Shown piece by piece: positions 36,095 to 46,590 of a DNA stretch of 49,624 bases (the first letter of the stretch is position 1; each line of letters opens with the position of its first letter). Below the pieces are notes generated by a model. That model was given only the letters and a program-made list of their open reading frames with translations, did not search any database and was not told where the DNA came from. The position numbers and the translations under genes are program-made. The stretch spans positions 1 through 49,624 of the IMG/VR virus record IMGVR_UViG_3300006046_000008. The stretch is one strand, 5' to 3'. The stretch is from a virus. Taxonomy: Duplodnaviria; Caudoviricetes.

Positions 36095-37446
36095 TGGAAG
36101 ATATCCCCAGCGATGTTGCCAGTCACTAGGATTTGCGAGATCTCAAAGTTCGGCTCCTCCTCAGTTGCGAACTCAATAGTAAGAAACACCGCTTCGCGCA
36201 TCAGGAAGGTGCTGGCTTGCGCCGGACCCTCGTAGACCCAAGTTGGGGCTCCATTCAGCGTATTATGCAGCCCTAGCCTCATAGTAGTCTCACCGTTGAG
36301 GAACTTACCAACGAGGCGGAAATTATCAAAATACTTGTAGCGCAGGGCATTCCCAGCATCCAGTGGCTTGGTGCGGACAAAGCAGCGGGCATTCGCAGTC
36401 CCTCTAGCATACGCCAAACCACCCACAGTTCCTATCAGCGGGAAGGCAAATACATCCCGAGGCTCCGCAGCGTAGATTGGCAGGCGATAGCGGGTGAAGC
36501 TCCCATTAGTGTATTTGAAGGCCACTCCATGCTGGAACCCGTCCACGCCTGGGTAGACCCACATAATCTCTTGAAACTTCTCATTATGCCAGCCGAACAC
36601 CTCGCTTTGCCTAGCCCAGTCCAGGCGGGATTCTAGATAGCCGTGGAAGGCGGGAGTGTCAATGTATTGGAAGGAGATACCATCAGTGATGAAGAACCCA
36701 TTCCTGTTTAGTCCATAGTTCTTGAACCCAGCCTCCACAACGGAGCGCGAGCTTATCGCCCCAATCCCATTAACTGGTTCCCCACTCTCCCCAAACCAAA
36801 CTCCCGCCCCCGCATACTTCACCATACGCATAGCATCGGTGGAGTACAGCGCAACCCCGTCGCCACAAGGGCGGAGGCATAGCGCATTAGAGCCCATGTT
36901 TCTTAGTTGCAGCCTACCTGCAGTGGAGCCCCTGCTTGAAGTGAAGTTCGTTGGATCGCGTAGATGCGGCCATCTTAGTGTAGTCCCATTGCCAGAGAAC
37001 AGCAGATGACCTTTAAATCGCAGCCCGAAGTCGACATCACTAGCACTCAGTATTTGCTCCATCGCGCCTTCATTGCGCCAGCACCAGAGGCCATTAGCAG
37101 CAATGAAGAGCCAGGAGCCATAAGGGATGAGGTCGGCGGGCTTCACAGTTTGCCCGATGAAATACGGAAACCCACTCCCATCCCAACCAAATATCGAGAA
37201 GTCATCGCACTGGTAGTACGCTCTCATCCCACTACCTGGAACGAATGCCTGGGCGATGCGGATTACCTTCTTGCCGATAGTTAGTATATGGTCAGCCCCA
37301 ATAGCTTTCTCCACCCCCAGGTTGCGGAACGCCACATTCTCCCCATCGAACCAAAATGGCACGCTTTCTGGATGGCGGGCAGGAGCTATCCCCGCCTCCA
37401 TCACCCCACCAGGACCTGCGTTGATCAGTGGCTCGGTGGCGCTCAT
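36091..37446 (-). CDS. tail nozzle / tubular protein B-like (beta-propeller)
   Basis: WFDGENV.F, AG...L, F...DG....I, E..W.YP; synteny after adaptor. Confidence 0.75.
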   Translation of the reverse strand: MSATEPLINAGPGGVMEAGIAPARHPESVPFWFDGENVAFRNLGVEKAIGADHILTIGKKVIRIAQAFVPGSGMRAYYQCDDFSIFGWDGSGFPYFIGQTVKPADLIPYGSWLFIAANGLWCWRNEGAMEQILSASDVDFGLRFKGHLLFSGNGTTLRWPHLRDPTNFTSSRGSTAGRLQLRNMGSNALCLRPCGDGVALYSTDAMRMVKYAGAGVWFGESGEPVNGIGAISSRSVVEAGFKNYGLNRNGFFITDGISFQYIDTPAFHGYLESRLDWARQSEVFGWHNEKFQEIMWVYPGVDGFQHGVAFKYTNGSFTRYRLPIYAAEPRDVFAFPLIGTVGGLAYARGTANARCFVRTKPLDAGNALRYKYFDNFRLVGKFLNGETTMRLGLHNTLNGAPTWVYEGPAQASTFLMREAVFLTIEFATEEEPNFEISQILVTGNIAGDIFQ

Positions 37447-37451
37447 TGGCG

Positions 37452-38258
37452 CTAGCTCCCAGAACCAACAGCCAGCCCAGCAGCACTACCTCCCACCATG
37501 TATAGCCCGGCGACGCCAAAGGAATTAGGCACATCATACATCCCCTTGATTGCTGCGATCGCCGCACTCACATTGGGGAATAGTCTCCCTGTGGTCCCAC
37601 CCCAGTAGTCCATCTGCGCCGCCTGAGAGCCTTCTAGTTCATTCTCATCTTGCAGGCGCCGAACGCTCCCAATCGCCTCATCGCGCAGGAGTTTCCACCC
37701 CGCCATCTCCTCTTGCTTTCTTACACTAGTCACGCTCTGCAGCAGCACCTGATGCTTGATGAGATCATCTGCAATGTCTAATATCGGATGAGTCTGCGAG
37801 CCAACCGTAGGCCACTCGGTGAATAGGCTAGTATGAAGCATCAGCGGGTAGGCAGTTGTAGTCTCTGTGATTCCAGGCGGGCTCACCGCTCCCTCAAAGA
37901 ATATCCTCGTCCCCGCTTGCCGATAGCCATTCGGGATCACAGAGATATTGCGGCCTATACTATTCACATTAATGCGAGACAGGGGGATCATCCCGCCATC
38001 CTGGCCGAAGTAGCCCAGGGCTTCTATTCGCTTTAGCGGGATTGGCGGATCTTCCGCTCCGAAGTCGAAAAATTTACTCCCTGGCTCTTGCAGCAGAAAG
38101 AAGCTCACCTTCATGTAGTCGAAAGTGATCTCGCGCTCTAGGAAGCGCAGGGCACTTCGACTCCAGATTGGAATACTAGTATCTACTGCAGTCCCTCTAG
38201 CTATCACCGTCCTCAGGTCATCGTAGAATTCAGCTACAGTCATGGGCATTTGGATCAC
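37452..38258 (-). CDS. tail adaptor / tubular protein A-like
   Basis: Directly after capsid gene; helical N-terminus, IP.GY, T.P.L...DD. Confidence 0.65.
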   Translation of the reverse strand: MIQMPMTVAEFYDDLRTVIARGTAVDTSIPIWSRSALRFLEREITFDYMKVSFFLLQEPGSKFFDFGAEDPPIPLKRIEALGYFGQDGGMIPLSRINVNSIGRNISVIPNGYRQAGTRIFFEGAVSPPGITETTTAYPLMLHTSLFTEWPTVGSQTHPILDIADDLIKHQVLLQSVTSVRKQEEMAGWKLLRDEAIGSVRRLQDENELEGSQAAQMDYWGGTTGRLFPNVSAAIAAIKGMYDVPNSFGVAGLYMVGGSAAGLAVGSGS

Positions 38259-38266
38259 CCGAGTTA

Positions 38267-38299
38267 GATGGGTATATTCGATTTGTGAATATACCCATC
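38267..38299 (-). terminator. 13-bp stem-loop downstream of the major capsid gene
   Basis: GATGGGTATATTC-N7-GAATATACCCATC; no strong U tract, so it may be a stabiliser or processing hairpin. Confidence 0.55.
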
Positions 38300-38324
38300 A
38301 GTTTCTACAACTATGACTGCAATC

Positions 38325-39587
38325 CTACGGAGGATCCTCCGCTCCACCAATAATCCCAGTCCAGATGAAGTGATAGCTGGGATGGTGCAGCTCGACACCC
38401 ATCTCAGTGAGATACCCGCTCTTCATCCCGTCCAGGCCGACTGGCGTCAGATCCTTCTCATACCGCATGTCATCACCAGTGAAGTGGCGATAGATGAACT
38501 CGCCCATATCCAGGATGTATGCGTTGTTGGCCTTGGAGGTGAATGAAGTCCCACCGTTCGTCCCACCCCTCATGTCGTTAAACAGCGGGTGGGTCTTAAT
38601 CACGAGTTCGCCGAACGGACTCACCAGCCGGGACACTCTCATCCCATACTCTTTCTCACCCCCACTCAGATTGTAGACACTGTTGCGCCTCGCAACCTGA
38701 TTGATCGCGAGCATCACAGCATTGGAGGTGAACATCATCTTCTCACTACCACCGCGCCGGAACACCAGTTCCATTGCATACTCCACCCAGTTCATGTTGA
38801 TCACGCCTGGAGCGGTGAGCGTGACGCCACCACCAGTTACAGCGGGGATCACGTTAGCTGGCGCCCCATTAATGATCTGAGCCTCAACCCCATCTGTGGT
38901 GCGGTAGGGCTTGGAGTTCTTAGTCCCAGTGCTTTTCTTGGAGAACCAGAGAGCCCGCTCAATATCCGTGCTGTGGATCTCCAGGCACTCCCTCTTTGCT
39001 TCCTTAACTTGATCCCCAGTGCGCAGCTTCGTCTTGCTCGCTGTGCGGGTCATCTCCAGCGTATTTCTGAAGATCTGGGTGTAGTTGTAGACCTCATTCG
39101 GATCGTAGTTGACGCCACTCGGTGCAAGGCTTCCCTCTTCATACGCTGAGCCGATCACTGTCATGTAGAAGTTCGTGCCCGCCACACCTGCGTCGATCGC
39201 CGTCCCACTAGTCCCCGCCTGCCCTCTCGTCACCACGAGAGCAGTTGACACAGTTGGATCGCTAGTCACAGTCACGATCTCGCCCGTTCCTTCGATTAGC
39301 AACATGTCTCCCATTTTGACAATGAAGGCAGACTTGAACGTAGCGTCAACTGTCACGGCAGTGGCGACGTTAGTCAGCGCGCCGGAGAACTTGAGGCGAC
39401 GATTATCAAAGTTCTTCTGCCACCAGTGGAACACCGGATCATCTGTGCTTTCGCTCTTCATCAAGCTAGTGAGCGCGAACAGTGGCGCTGTGCCATTAGG
39501 GTATTCCCTCAGGATCGCCTGGCGCCAGTTCTCTGGCCGCTCATTGGTGACGAAGTTCGCAGTGTGACGGAAACCAAGAATAGGCAT
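38325..39587 (-). CDS. major capsid protein (SU10/DUF5309-like)
   Basis: T.P.F.W, IGSAYEEGS, YNYTQIFR....TRT, ..E.AL.F, ..SPFG.L....HP.F, YLTE.G.E; follows scaffold. Confidence 0.9.
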   Translation of the reverse strand: MPILGFRHTANFVTNERPENWRQAILREYPNGTAPLFALTSLMKSESTDDPVFHWWQKNFDNRRLKFSGALTNVATAVTVDATFKSAFIVKMGDMLLIEGTGEIVTVTSDPTVSTALVVTRGQAGTSGTAIDAGVAGTNFYMTVIGSAYEEGSLAPSGVNYDPNEVYNYTQIFRNTLEMTRTASKTKLRTGDQVKEAKRECLEIHSTDIERALWFSKKSTGTKNSKPYRTTDGVEAQIINGAPANVIPAVTGGGVTLTAPGVINMNWVEYAMELVFRRGGSEKMMFTSNAVMLAINQVARRNSVYNLSGGEKEYGMRVSRLVSPFGELVIKTHPLFNDMRGGTNGGTSFTSKANNAYILDMGEFIYRHFTGDDMRYEKDLTPVGLDGMKSGYLTEMGVELHHPSYHFIWTGIIGGAEDPP

Positions 39588-39615
39588 CTGATTTGCTCCT
39601 CAGGGGCGAAGCCCC

Positions 39616-40530
39616 TTAGTTATAGCCAAAAACGTCCCAGATTTCCTTCACTTCCTGATTTGGCGCAGAATTAGCACTAGATCCCTTAGCATCACCGCCA
39701 GCAGCAAACTGAGGGCGCTTAGGAGCCCTCGGGGCTTGCGCCCCAGGAGCTGGTGCCCTCTGAGGAAACTGCAGCCCCAACCCAGCATGGATGCGATATC
39801 CGAGAGCTTCCCGGAACTCATCATTCCATTGTAGATTGCGGTTTCCCGCTCTCCACTGCTCAACAGCCAGCTGCTTCGCCTCCGCTGCCACAAACTGCAT
39901 CATCTGTGGAGTAGGTTGGAGGTTGGTAAAGCGGCCAAAGAAGTCACTCGCAGCTCTCTGCTGTTCCACTTGCTCTTGATTAAGCCGCTGGTGGACTTGC
40001 GGTAGGGCTTGATACATCTGCTGCTGATTTGCTCTCACCTCAGCAGAAATATCATTATAGAGGGTATTTGCCAGCCCATTGACTAAAGCCGCCAGACCCG
40101 CAGCTCTTTCCTCTGGATCCTCGGAGTGGATCACAGCCTTTAGGATTTGCTGTGGAATCTCCAGATTGAAGCGAGGGCCTTGCGGCGCTGCTTGCGGAGG
40201 AGTGTATTGTGGCTGTTGTGCCGCAGCTAGGGTTTCATTAATTCTCGCCAATTCACGAAGTACAGGATCGGGGGCTTGCCCCCCAGGCGCTTGCGCGCCT
40301 CCCTGCGGCTGTTGCTGGCTGGGGGCTTGACCCCCAGAAGGAGGAAGAGCATCTCCCTCAGCGCGCTCCACAGGTTCGTCCGCAGGCGCAGGAGCTTGCG
40401 CTCCTCCCTGGCCCGCAGATGCGGGTTCAAACGGATCGAAGTCGAGGATATCTTTTACACTAGGGCCAGCAACGGGCTCTGCGCTCGATGCCGGCGCTGC
40501 TGCGCCATTGCTATTGTTATCTGCCATCAT
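39616..40530 (-). CDS. capsid scaffolding protein
   Basis: Pro/Gln/Ala-rich and helical; between portal and MCP. Confidence 0.7.
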   Translation of the reverse strand: MMADNNSNGAAAPASSAEPVAGPSVKDILDFDPFEPASAGQGGAQAPAPADEPVERAEGDALPPSGGQAPSQQQPQGGAQAPGGQAPDPVLRELARINETLAAAQQPQYTPPQAAPQGPRFNLEIPQQILKAVIHSEDPEERAAGLAALVNGLANTLYNDISAEVRANQQQMYQALPQVHQRLNQEQVEQQRAASDFFGRFTNLQPTPQMMQFVAAEAKQLAVEQWRAGNRNLQWNDEFREALGYRIHAGLGLQFPQRAPAPGAQAPRAPKRPQFAAGGDAKGSSANSAPNQEVKEIWDVFGYN

Positions 40531-40810
40531 CTAACTCCTTCACTGGGGCTAAGAATATCTCAACTCCCATTATCAGCCCCTCGATTACACCCTGCTGGCG
40601 AATGGCCTTTAGCCTGCCTTCATCTGTAGTAAAGTCCACCGTAGCTAATCCCTTTGCAAGTTCCCTCGCTTGCAGTACTACGCGCGAGAGCGCCCAATTC
40701 ACTGGACTATCACTACTAATATAAGCCTTGAGTTGCTTGCCCAGCCCCTCCGGCGGGGCCTTGAGCGCCATTTCCTCCATTTGGAGGTCTAACTCCTGGG
40801 AGTCCTGCAT
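40517..40810 (-). CDS. hypothetical protein between portal and scaffold
   Basis: 97 aa; ..QG.I.G pattern typical of this position. Confidence 0.7.
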   Translation of the reverse strand: MQDSQELDLQMEEMALKAPPEGLGKQLKAYISSDSPVNWALSRVVLQARELAKGLATVDFTTDEGRLKAIRQQGVIEGLIMGVEIFLAPVKELDDGR

Positions 40811-42776
40811 CTATCGGCACCCCTTCCTGGCCTGACATATCCCCGCCCTGTTGCATTCCCGCTGCCATAGGCGGAGCAACCTGAATTTTGAAACTAGTAA
40901 GATTCTTCGCCCCTGCGAGGTTCGCCATGTACTCAAAGATCGCAGGCCCGTTATATTGCATTGCAAGTTGTGGGTTGGTGGATACAGCAAGCCAGATCTC
41001 CTTCCATACATCAAGCATGGCCACCCTGTCAAGTGGCAGCGCTCCGTCATGGATGGGAAAGTAGAAGTTACCCTGCACATCATCGGGTTTGATGGGTACG
41101 AGTAGGCCCTCCGCCCCCACTATCTTTAGATAGAACTCCATGGATTGATATTGCTGGACATTGGAAGCCTGCATCTCAGCCAGCTCAGTCATGCCCTGTG
41201 CACTAATCATCCTCGCTAGCGCCGCCTGGCGGCTCGCTCCACTCTCACTAGTTATCCTGCTTTCTGTCGCAGAGCGCCGCCCGCCAGGTTGAACTCCTTT
41301 AAGGCTATCGTTGACCCCACTGAGGATGTCGCCAAGGCGCATAAACGCACTCACATTGTCGATGTGGGCAGCGGTTACATCTTGGACTGATAGCTGGTTC
41401 AGCACCGTTCTAACATCCCTGCCCATAGCCGCCTGCTTGAGGCGGATAAACTTCCCAGGACCGGGGTCTTTTAGATCCTGCATCTCTACATAGTGCGGGT
41501 CGACGACGAACATGTTGTTTAGCGCACTGCGGACATTAAACATGTGGGAGTTTACGAACCAGGAGAGAACATCTTGAATTGGGCCTAGCATGTCAACTAG
41601 CGACATCTGACCGAAGCCGTAGCCAATGGAATTTGGCTCAATCACACAGATCGGATGCTTCCCATGCTCGTCTTCAAATGGCTCGGCCTGGATTATTTGC
41701 CTCTTATTAGCTATCGTGAAGATCCAGCGCTCTATCGCATCATCCTCTCCCAGTCCCCAATCCTTTGGACTGATATCAATTGTTCCCTGGTCTAATTGAT
41801 GATACTGTGCAATCCTAGTATCCCAGCGACCAGAATTACTACTCCCAGGATCACTATCCCCACCAGTGAGTAGCGAGCGCATGCTTTGATCCGCTGCCTC
41901 ATCACCTCCCTTGCTACCTCCAGGCTTTCCAATCGCGTCAATATAGAAGAGAGTTCCATCTCGCTCTGCCCTCTTAAGGGTGTGCATTCCCTCATAGCTG
42001 CGCCAGAATACGAACTCTCCACGCTTATTGACTTCCTCCATGGGAACTCTTGGATCTGGGAAAAACTTGTAGGGATTAATTGAAGTGACATCGTTGCCCT
42101 CGTAGCAGAGATAGGGTTTCTTTTGCGTCAGCGGCGTGTCAGGCGCCAGCTCTGGCGCGAGCATTCCGAGAGGGCTTCCATACCCCTGGACGGCTCTCAT
42201 CTTCCACTCTGTGATCCAGAGATTTCTTACCACTCCCACTCCGTAGATCTGCCCGTCCATCATCCACTGAAAGATCTTCCTCACTGCTTTGGATTTATCC
42301 GCGTTGAACTGCAGTATCGTCTCCATCTTCCTCGCTGGCTCCACCGCCTCGGCGGAATAGCTACTCACTTGAAAGATCGGCTTCTGGCCGCAGAAAGTAT
42401 GGATGAGATACGTGACAATAGTCCACACCGTGGCATAAATATAGGGGACATTGATTGTCGTAACACTCGGCGCTTCGCCCTTATTATTTGTATCAGCCAG
42501 TAGTTTATCAAAGTCTGTCCTATTGATGTAGGCCATGAAGCGACGTTCATTGGCCTGCCAGCGAGCGTGGAACTGGCTCATCTTATCCTCGCTTGATTTC
42601 AAGCGTTCGATAAGCTTATCGCGAACTTTCGCATGAAGAGGGCTCCCCGGCGAGAGCCTGGAAATTGCACTTCCCTCGGGCGGAGGGGAAGTACTCCCGC
42701 CGGGGATATCAACCTGGTTGGCCTCAGGTTGATACTGCGGGCTTGAAGTTGGAATATCGCTAGCTATTGCCATCAC
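40716..42776 (-). CDS. portal protein
   Basis: 686 aa after TerL; YGVGV, .P..FFPDP, PGK.I, G..RSATE motifs of podovirus portals. Confidence 0.88.
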   Translation of the reverse strand: MMAIASDIPTSSPQYQPEANQVDIPGGSTSPPPEGSAISRLSPGSPLHAKVRDKLIERLKSSEDKMSQFHARWQANERRFMAYINRTDFDKLLADTNNKGEAPSVTTINVPYIYATVWTIVTYLIHTFCGQKPIFQVSSYSAEAVEPARKMETILQFNADKSKAVRKIFQWMMDGQIYGVGVVRNLWITEWKMRAVQGYGSPLGMLAPELAPDTPLTQKKPYLCYEGNDVTSINPYKFFPDPRVPMEEVNKRGEFVFWRSYEGMHTLKRAERDGTLFYIDAIGKPGGSKGGDEAADQSMRSLLTGGDSDPGSSNSGRWDTRIAQYHQLDQGTIDISPKDWGLGEDDAIERWIFTIANKRQIIQAEPFEDEHGKHPICVIEPNSIGYGFGQMSLVDMLGPIQDVLSWFVNSHMFNVRSALNNMFVVDPHYVEMQDLKDPGPGKFIRLKQAAMGRDVRTVLNQLSVQDVTAAHIDNVSAFMRLGDILSGVNDSLKGVQPGGRRSATESRITSESGASRQAALARMISAQGMTELAEMQASNVQQYQSMEFYLKIVGAEGLLVPIKPDDVQGNFYFPIHDGALPLDRVAMLDVWKEIWLAVSTNPQLAMQYNGPAIFEYMANLAGAKNLTSFKIQVAPPMAAGMQQGGDMSGQEGVPIDAGLPGVRPPNGGNGAQGPAGGAGQATQGLY

Positions 42777-44464
42777 GGTGCCTGTCTGTACTCGCCCATC
42801 TCCAGTCGGATCGGGCGGTATTCATCTAGTGCAAGAACATTCTGGCCGCTCGCATCAGTGGCGTCCGCCGCGCCAGTGGCCGCGAATGGATCGAGCAGCG
42901 CGATACACATCGCGATCACGTCAGGAAGGTCCATCTTGCCAAGAGGCCAGTCATTCAGTTGCGTGATAAGAACCGGAAAGTGCCTCTGATGTGTGATGTA
43001 GCCCGCCTTATATCTAGGCGCGAGGATGCCCTCCACTCTAGGCACCTTCTTTCGCTCAGTACCATGGAGCTGCTTTGTTTCTTTGATAATCTCGAAGTAC
43101 GCCCTTGGTCCCCAGGTCTTGGCTCGCTTAAACATCTCAGCCTGCAAGAGGTGGACCAGAGCAGCCTGATATGCAATCGCCTCCACGCCATGGTGGGTAG
43201 GAGACCACATGAAGTGTAGATCGAAGTATCGCTCGACCTGCTCAAGAGGGTGCGCTCCTATTTTCTCCCAGGTGTCTAGGACATGGATCTTCCCGGTGGC
43301 ATCAATTCCCACTACTCCAATTGCACAATATGCCGCTCGTTTATCTTCAGAGATGGCTGGATCAATGACTTCTGAGACGGCCAGAAACTCAGTGCGCTCC
43401 CTAATCTGTATTTTAATTCTAGAGGGGTCGAACTTTCTAGTTTCATCGTCCTGGTAAACCCTACTTCCGTACTCCATCTCAAATGTAGTAAGCATCCCGA
43501 TACGCGCATATGATAGGCGTTTGGCATTATACTGCTCCACAGTCATATAGAATGGTGCTATTGGCTCCCCCTCGGGATCGAGGGCGCCAAAGACCACTGC
43601 GCACCACTCAGGATTCTTTACTAGGTTCATCAGGAGCGCCTGCGGGTGGAGGAGTGTGCCGATGGCTACTATCCTGCCCTCCCCACTCATCTGGGGTAGA
43701 GCTGGCACTAGCGCCTTATAGAACCAGGATTTAGCCTTCCCCATCTGCTCCTCAGTACTTACACTCTCCTCATCCTCTACGTCATCGACGATAATACAGT
43801 CGGGTCGGACGAAGCCCACATTGAGGCCACGTATCTGCCCACCTCGACCGCGGCACAGCGCGACTACGCCATTAGTTAGCTCTACGTAGTCCTCACTCCA
43901 GGATAGTCCAGTGCTGCGCTCCGGCCTAAGCACTCCAAAGGTCGCTTTGAGCAGATCATTGTCTTCCAGCTCCCTTTTGACGTTATCCAGCTGGCTTATG
44001 CTGTGCGTAGCAGTCTCACTGACGTAGACTAGGAACTTTACATCCTGGTATACTATGTTTATCTCATTCGCAAGGTTCACAATGGTAGTTTTCCCGACAC
44101 CCCTAGGCAGCATCAGCACAACGAAGCGAGAAGTAGTCATATTTATCGTATTTGCTACCCTATCCCACTCAAAGAGTGGTTTAGGGACTTCATAGGGGTT
44201 GTCGTAGTCGACTTTGTAGGTGAAATACTTGATAATCTTCTCCAATTGCTCCTCATCCCAGTGCCATTCCGCCTTCGGCCAGCTTTCAGCACCAAACTTC
44301 AACAAGAAGTCTGCCCGTCCTAGAAGTATTGCAATCATCCCCCTGTGGACCCAGCTCATCGGGAACTCAAACGCGGAGCGTTTGAAAGTCCTCGCATAGA
44401 GGGTTGGATCTCTATAGCACTGAAGGCGCAGATAATGCAGCTCTTCTTCGGTCATTTGATCCAC
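42773..44464 (-). CDS. terL: terminase large subunit
   Basis: LPRGVGKTT, GQIRG....RPD.IIVDDVED, IGT.LH, IDPA, GVE..AYQ, D..D. Confidence 0.93.
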   Translation of the reverse strand: MDQMTEEELHYLRLQCYRDPTLYARTFKRSAFEFPMSWVHRGMIAILLGRADFLLKFGAESWPKAEWHWDEEQLEKIIKYFTYKVDYDNPYEVPKPLFEWDRVANTINMTTSRFVVLMLPRGVGKTTIVNLANEINIVYQDVKFLVYVSETATHSISQLDNVKRELEDNDLLKATFGVLRPERSTGLSWSEDYVELTNGVVALCRGRGGQIRGLNVGFVRPDCIIVDDVEDEESVSTEEQMGKAKSWFYKALVPALPQMSGEGRIVAIGTLLHPQALLMNLVKNPEWCAVVFGALDPEGEPIAPFYMTVEQYNAKRLSYARIGMLTTFEMEYGSRVYQDDETRKFDPSRIKIQIRERTEFLAVSEVIDPAISEDKRAAYCAIGVVGIDATGKIHVLDTWEKIGAHPLEQVERYFDLHFMWSPTHHGVEAIAYQAALVHLLQAEMFKRAKTWGPRAYFEIIKETKQLHGTERKKVPRVEGILAPRYKAGYITHQRHFPVLITQLNDWPLGKMDLPDVIAMCIALLDPFAATGAADATDASGQNVLALDEYRPIRLEMGEYRQAP

Positions 44465-44465
44465 A

Positions 44466-44494
44466 GTTAATCAGAGACCCTCGGGGTCTCGCTC
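44466..44494 (-). promoter_or_regulatory. conserved hairpin element copy 1 (GAGCGAGACC-N-GGTCTCkGAyTAAC)
   Basis: GAGACCC-TCG-GGGTCTC on +; immediately upstream of terL. Confidence 0.7.
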
Positions 44495-44495
44495 T

Positions 44496-44948
44496 CTAGT
44501 ACCCACCCCCACCAGCACCACCACCGGGGCTGAAGCCACCATTAATCAGCTGCATCATGCGGAGCAGCTCTGGCGGCGGGCCTGAGTAGTTGATTCCACG
44601 GAAGGTCTGCTGTTGCGGCGGAACATCGCTTTGGCGGGGAGCATTATTCACCTCTGGCGGGCGATCTAGCCCATGGAATGGTGCCTGCGGTGCCACTGGC
44701 TGACCAAAGGGACTGATCCCTGGCAACTGCGGCCGCATAGGCATCATCCCACCGGGAGGGGTCACATCAGGGCGAGCCCTAGGGATCTGGGGCTGTGGTG
44801 GGACTCCTCCACCATACGGTGCTGCGGGATAGCCCACCCCAGGGCTTCTCGCCGTAGGTGTGCGGGACTGCGGCGCAGCTCCTCCTCCATAGCGCGTAGA
44901 GCGCTCTGGCTGGCCAGCAAATATATCATTCCCCATACGGTCTTGCAC
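44496..44948 (-). CDS. Pro/Gly/Gln-rich disordered protein
   Basis: 150 aa, low complexity; AAGGTG RBS; fills the gap exactly. Confidence 0.7.
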   Translation of the reverse strand: MQDRMGNDIFAGQPERSTRYGGGAAPQSRTPTARSPGVGYPAAPYGGGVPPQPQIPRARPDVTPPGGMMPMRPQLPGISPFGQPVAPQAPFHGLDRPPEVNNAPRQSDVPPQQQTFRGINYSGPPPELLRMMQLINGGFSPGGGAGGGGY

Positions 44949-44951
44949 CTA

Positions 44952-46571
44952 TTACTCCCCGAAGTAGTATCCGAATGGATTTATATACTCTGGGCGGGCT
45001 CTTGGCAGAGGTGGCGTAAAGCCCTCTTCATAGGGACTCCATCCACTCCCTCTTCTTACATACGGCTGATAATCGGGAGAGAATGGATCAGGCCTCGGCT
45101 GCGGCATGTTGCCGAGGAACTTATAGCTATCCGGCGGGCCACCAGCTGGCCTCGGCTGCGGCGGGCGTGGAGTGCCATAAGCGGGCGCTTTGCTAGCCCC
45201 ACCCGCTTCTAGGAACCCCGGAGTGCTAGCTACTGGCGGGGCGACGCCATAACCCCCTGCCATTAGATCCACCGCCTGCTGGCTCGGCGGGGAGAAGAAA
45301 TCACCAATGCTAGCAAAAGGATTAACCGCAGGCGCTGCTGGCGCGGGAGCTGCCGCTGCTGGACTCACACCACCTAGCCCAAGATCAGATGGCGAGAAGA
45401 CTCCTCCGTAGAGATCTGGTTCTGTGCCCCTGTTCGCTCCTCCCGTCCCACTGGTAACTGAACGATATGTACCAGCTGGCGTTCCCGCTGCTCCTGGGAC
45501 TTGATAATTCTGGGTGGGTGTTCCCGCTGCACCTGGTCTCACAGCGCCAGCTGCATTGGCCCTCTCCCGCGTGACTCCAGAGAACTCTGGTCCCTGCGCT
45601 GGCGCCCTTGGCGCTTGGATAGATGTCAGTGGATCATATCCATGGCTGGAGCCAGTGCCTTGCAGGGAGGGTGGGAGAGAATAGGACTGGCCGGGCATCG
45701 GCCCGCCGGGAGCTGCAGGTCCAGCACCACCATAGTTCAATCTATTACGAGTAGCGCCAGAGAAACCCGGAGCGGCTTTGCCAGCACCCATAAATGGCGC
45801 ATCATAGGAGTCTGTGGGTGTCAGCGTTCCGGTGGGAAATCCCCCTGGATAGCCAGTGGCGGAGAGGGCACTGGCGCCACCAGCGGAATTGCCGTACACC
45901 CCGCCGGAATTGTCAGCTACACGCTGCGGCGAGCCTGGGGAATTAAAGTACCCCGGATTGTAGTCTGGGGAGGTGCCAGTAGGAGCGCCGGGCAAACTGT
46001 TGATGAGATCATCCATTGTGGTTGGGCCAGGAAGCTCCGCTGGATTCTGATAATAGTTTCCCGCTCCTTCACTTATCCCTGGAGCATATGGGCTCATGGA
46101 TCTATCAATATTAGCATTTGCTCCCCCGGTGGAGCCAATATAGGGATTAATGTTGGCAGTGCGATCACTACTCCCACTGGAGAACGCTGACGGCGCTGGC
46201 GCTGCGCTCAGCGAAGTTAGTCCACCCCCACCTATCGCACCGGCGCCGCCAGGGGTAATTGGCGCTGAGGGTGTAGAGGGCGCTTGCCCTCCTCCATGCG
46301 CTCCACCGCCACTTTCTAGGTGAGGGGGCAGCGAGAAGCTGCTCGGCGCGCTCAGGGCGCCAGCTTCGCCCGCCGCACCAGCAGCAGGAGCTGCACTTGG
46401 CGCTGCACTAGCTGGTGCGACGCTAAGGGAGCTAGAAAGCGCCGGAGCGCCAGCAGCTGCGGCAGCTCCCAGCTGGCCAACACCAGCCCCAAGGCTCATG
46501 CCCGCTGGCATAATTCCCGCCGCAGCGCCGCGAAGCGTTGCGAGATTTGCGAGTAGTGCTGGAAGGGCCAT
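44952..46571 (-). CDS. Gly/Pro/Ala/Ser-rich disordered protein with hydrophobic N-terminus (possible ejected protein)
   Basis: 539 aa; GGGAG RBS; internal repeat FSG.TR.R.N..GA. Confidence 0.75.
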   Translation of the reverse strand: MALPALLANLATLRGAAAGIMPAGMSLGAGVGQLGAAAAAGAPALSSSLSVAPASAAPSAAPAAGAAGEAGALSAPSSFSLPPHLESGGGAHGGGQAPSTPSAPITPGGAGAIGGGGLTSLSAAPAPSAFSSGSSDRTANINPYIGSTGGANANIDRSMSPYAPGISEGAGNYYQNPAELPGPTTMDDLINSLPGAPTGTSPDYNPGYFNSPGSPQRVADNSGGVYGNSAGGASALSATGYPGGFPTGTLTPTDSYDAPFMGAGKAAPGFSGATRNRLNYGGAGPAAPGGPMPGQSYSLPPSLQGTGSSHGYDPLTSIQAPRAPAQGPEFSGVTRERANAAGAVRPGAAGTPTQNYQVPGAAGTPAGTYRSVTSGTGGANRGTEPDLYGGVFSPSDLGLGGVSPAAAAPAPAAPAVNPFASIGDFFSPPSQQAVDLMAGGYGVAPPVASTPGFLEAGGASKAPAYGTPRPPQPRPAGGPPDSYKFLGNMPQPRPDPFSPDYQPYVRRGSGWSPYEEGFTPPLPRARPEYINPFGYYFGE

Positions 46572-46590
46572 CTCGTTAGCTCCCTATAGT

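Noticed and set aside
38598-38609. Extra GAACTCGTGATT copy on the minus strand
   Set aside because: It lies inside the capsid CDS encoding ELVI and is probably coincidental.
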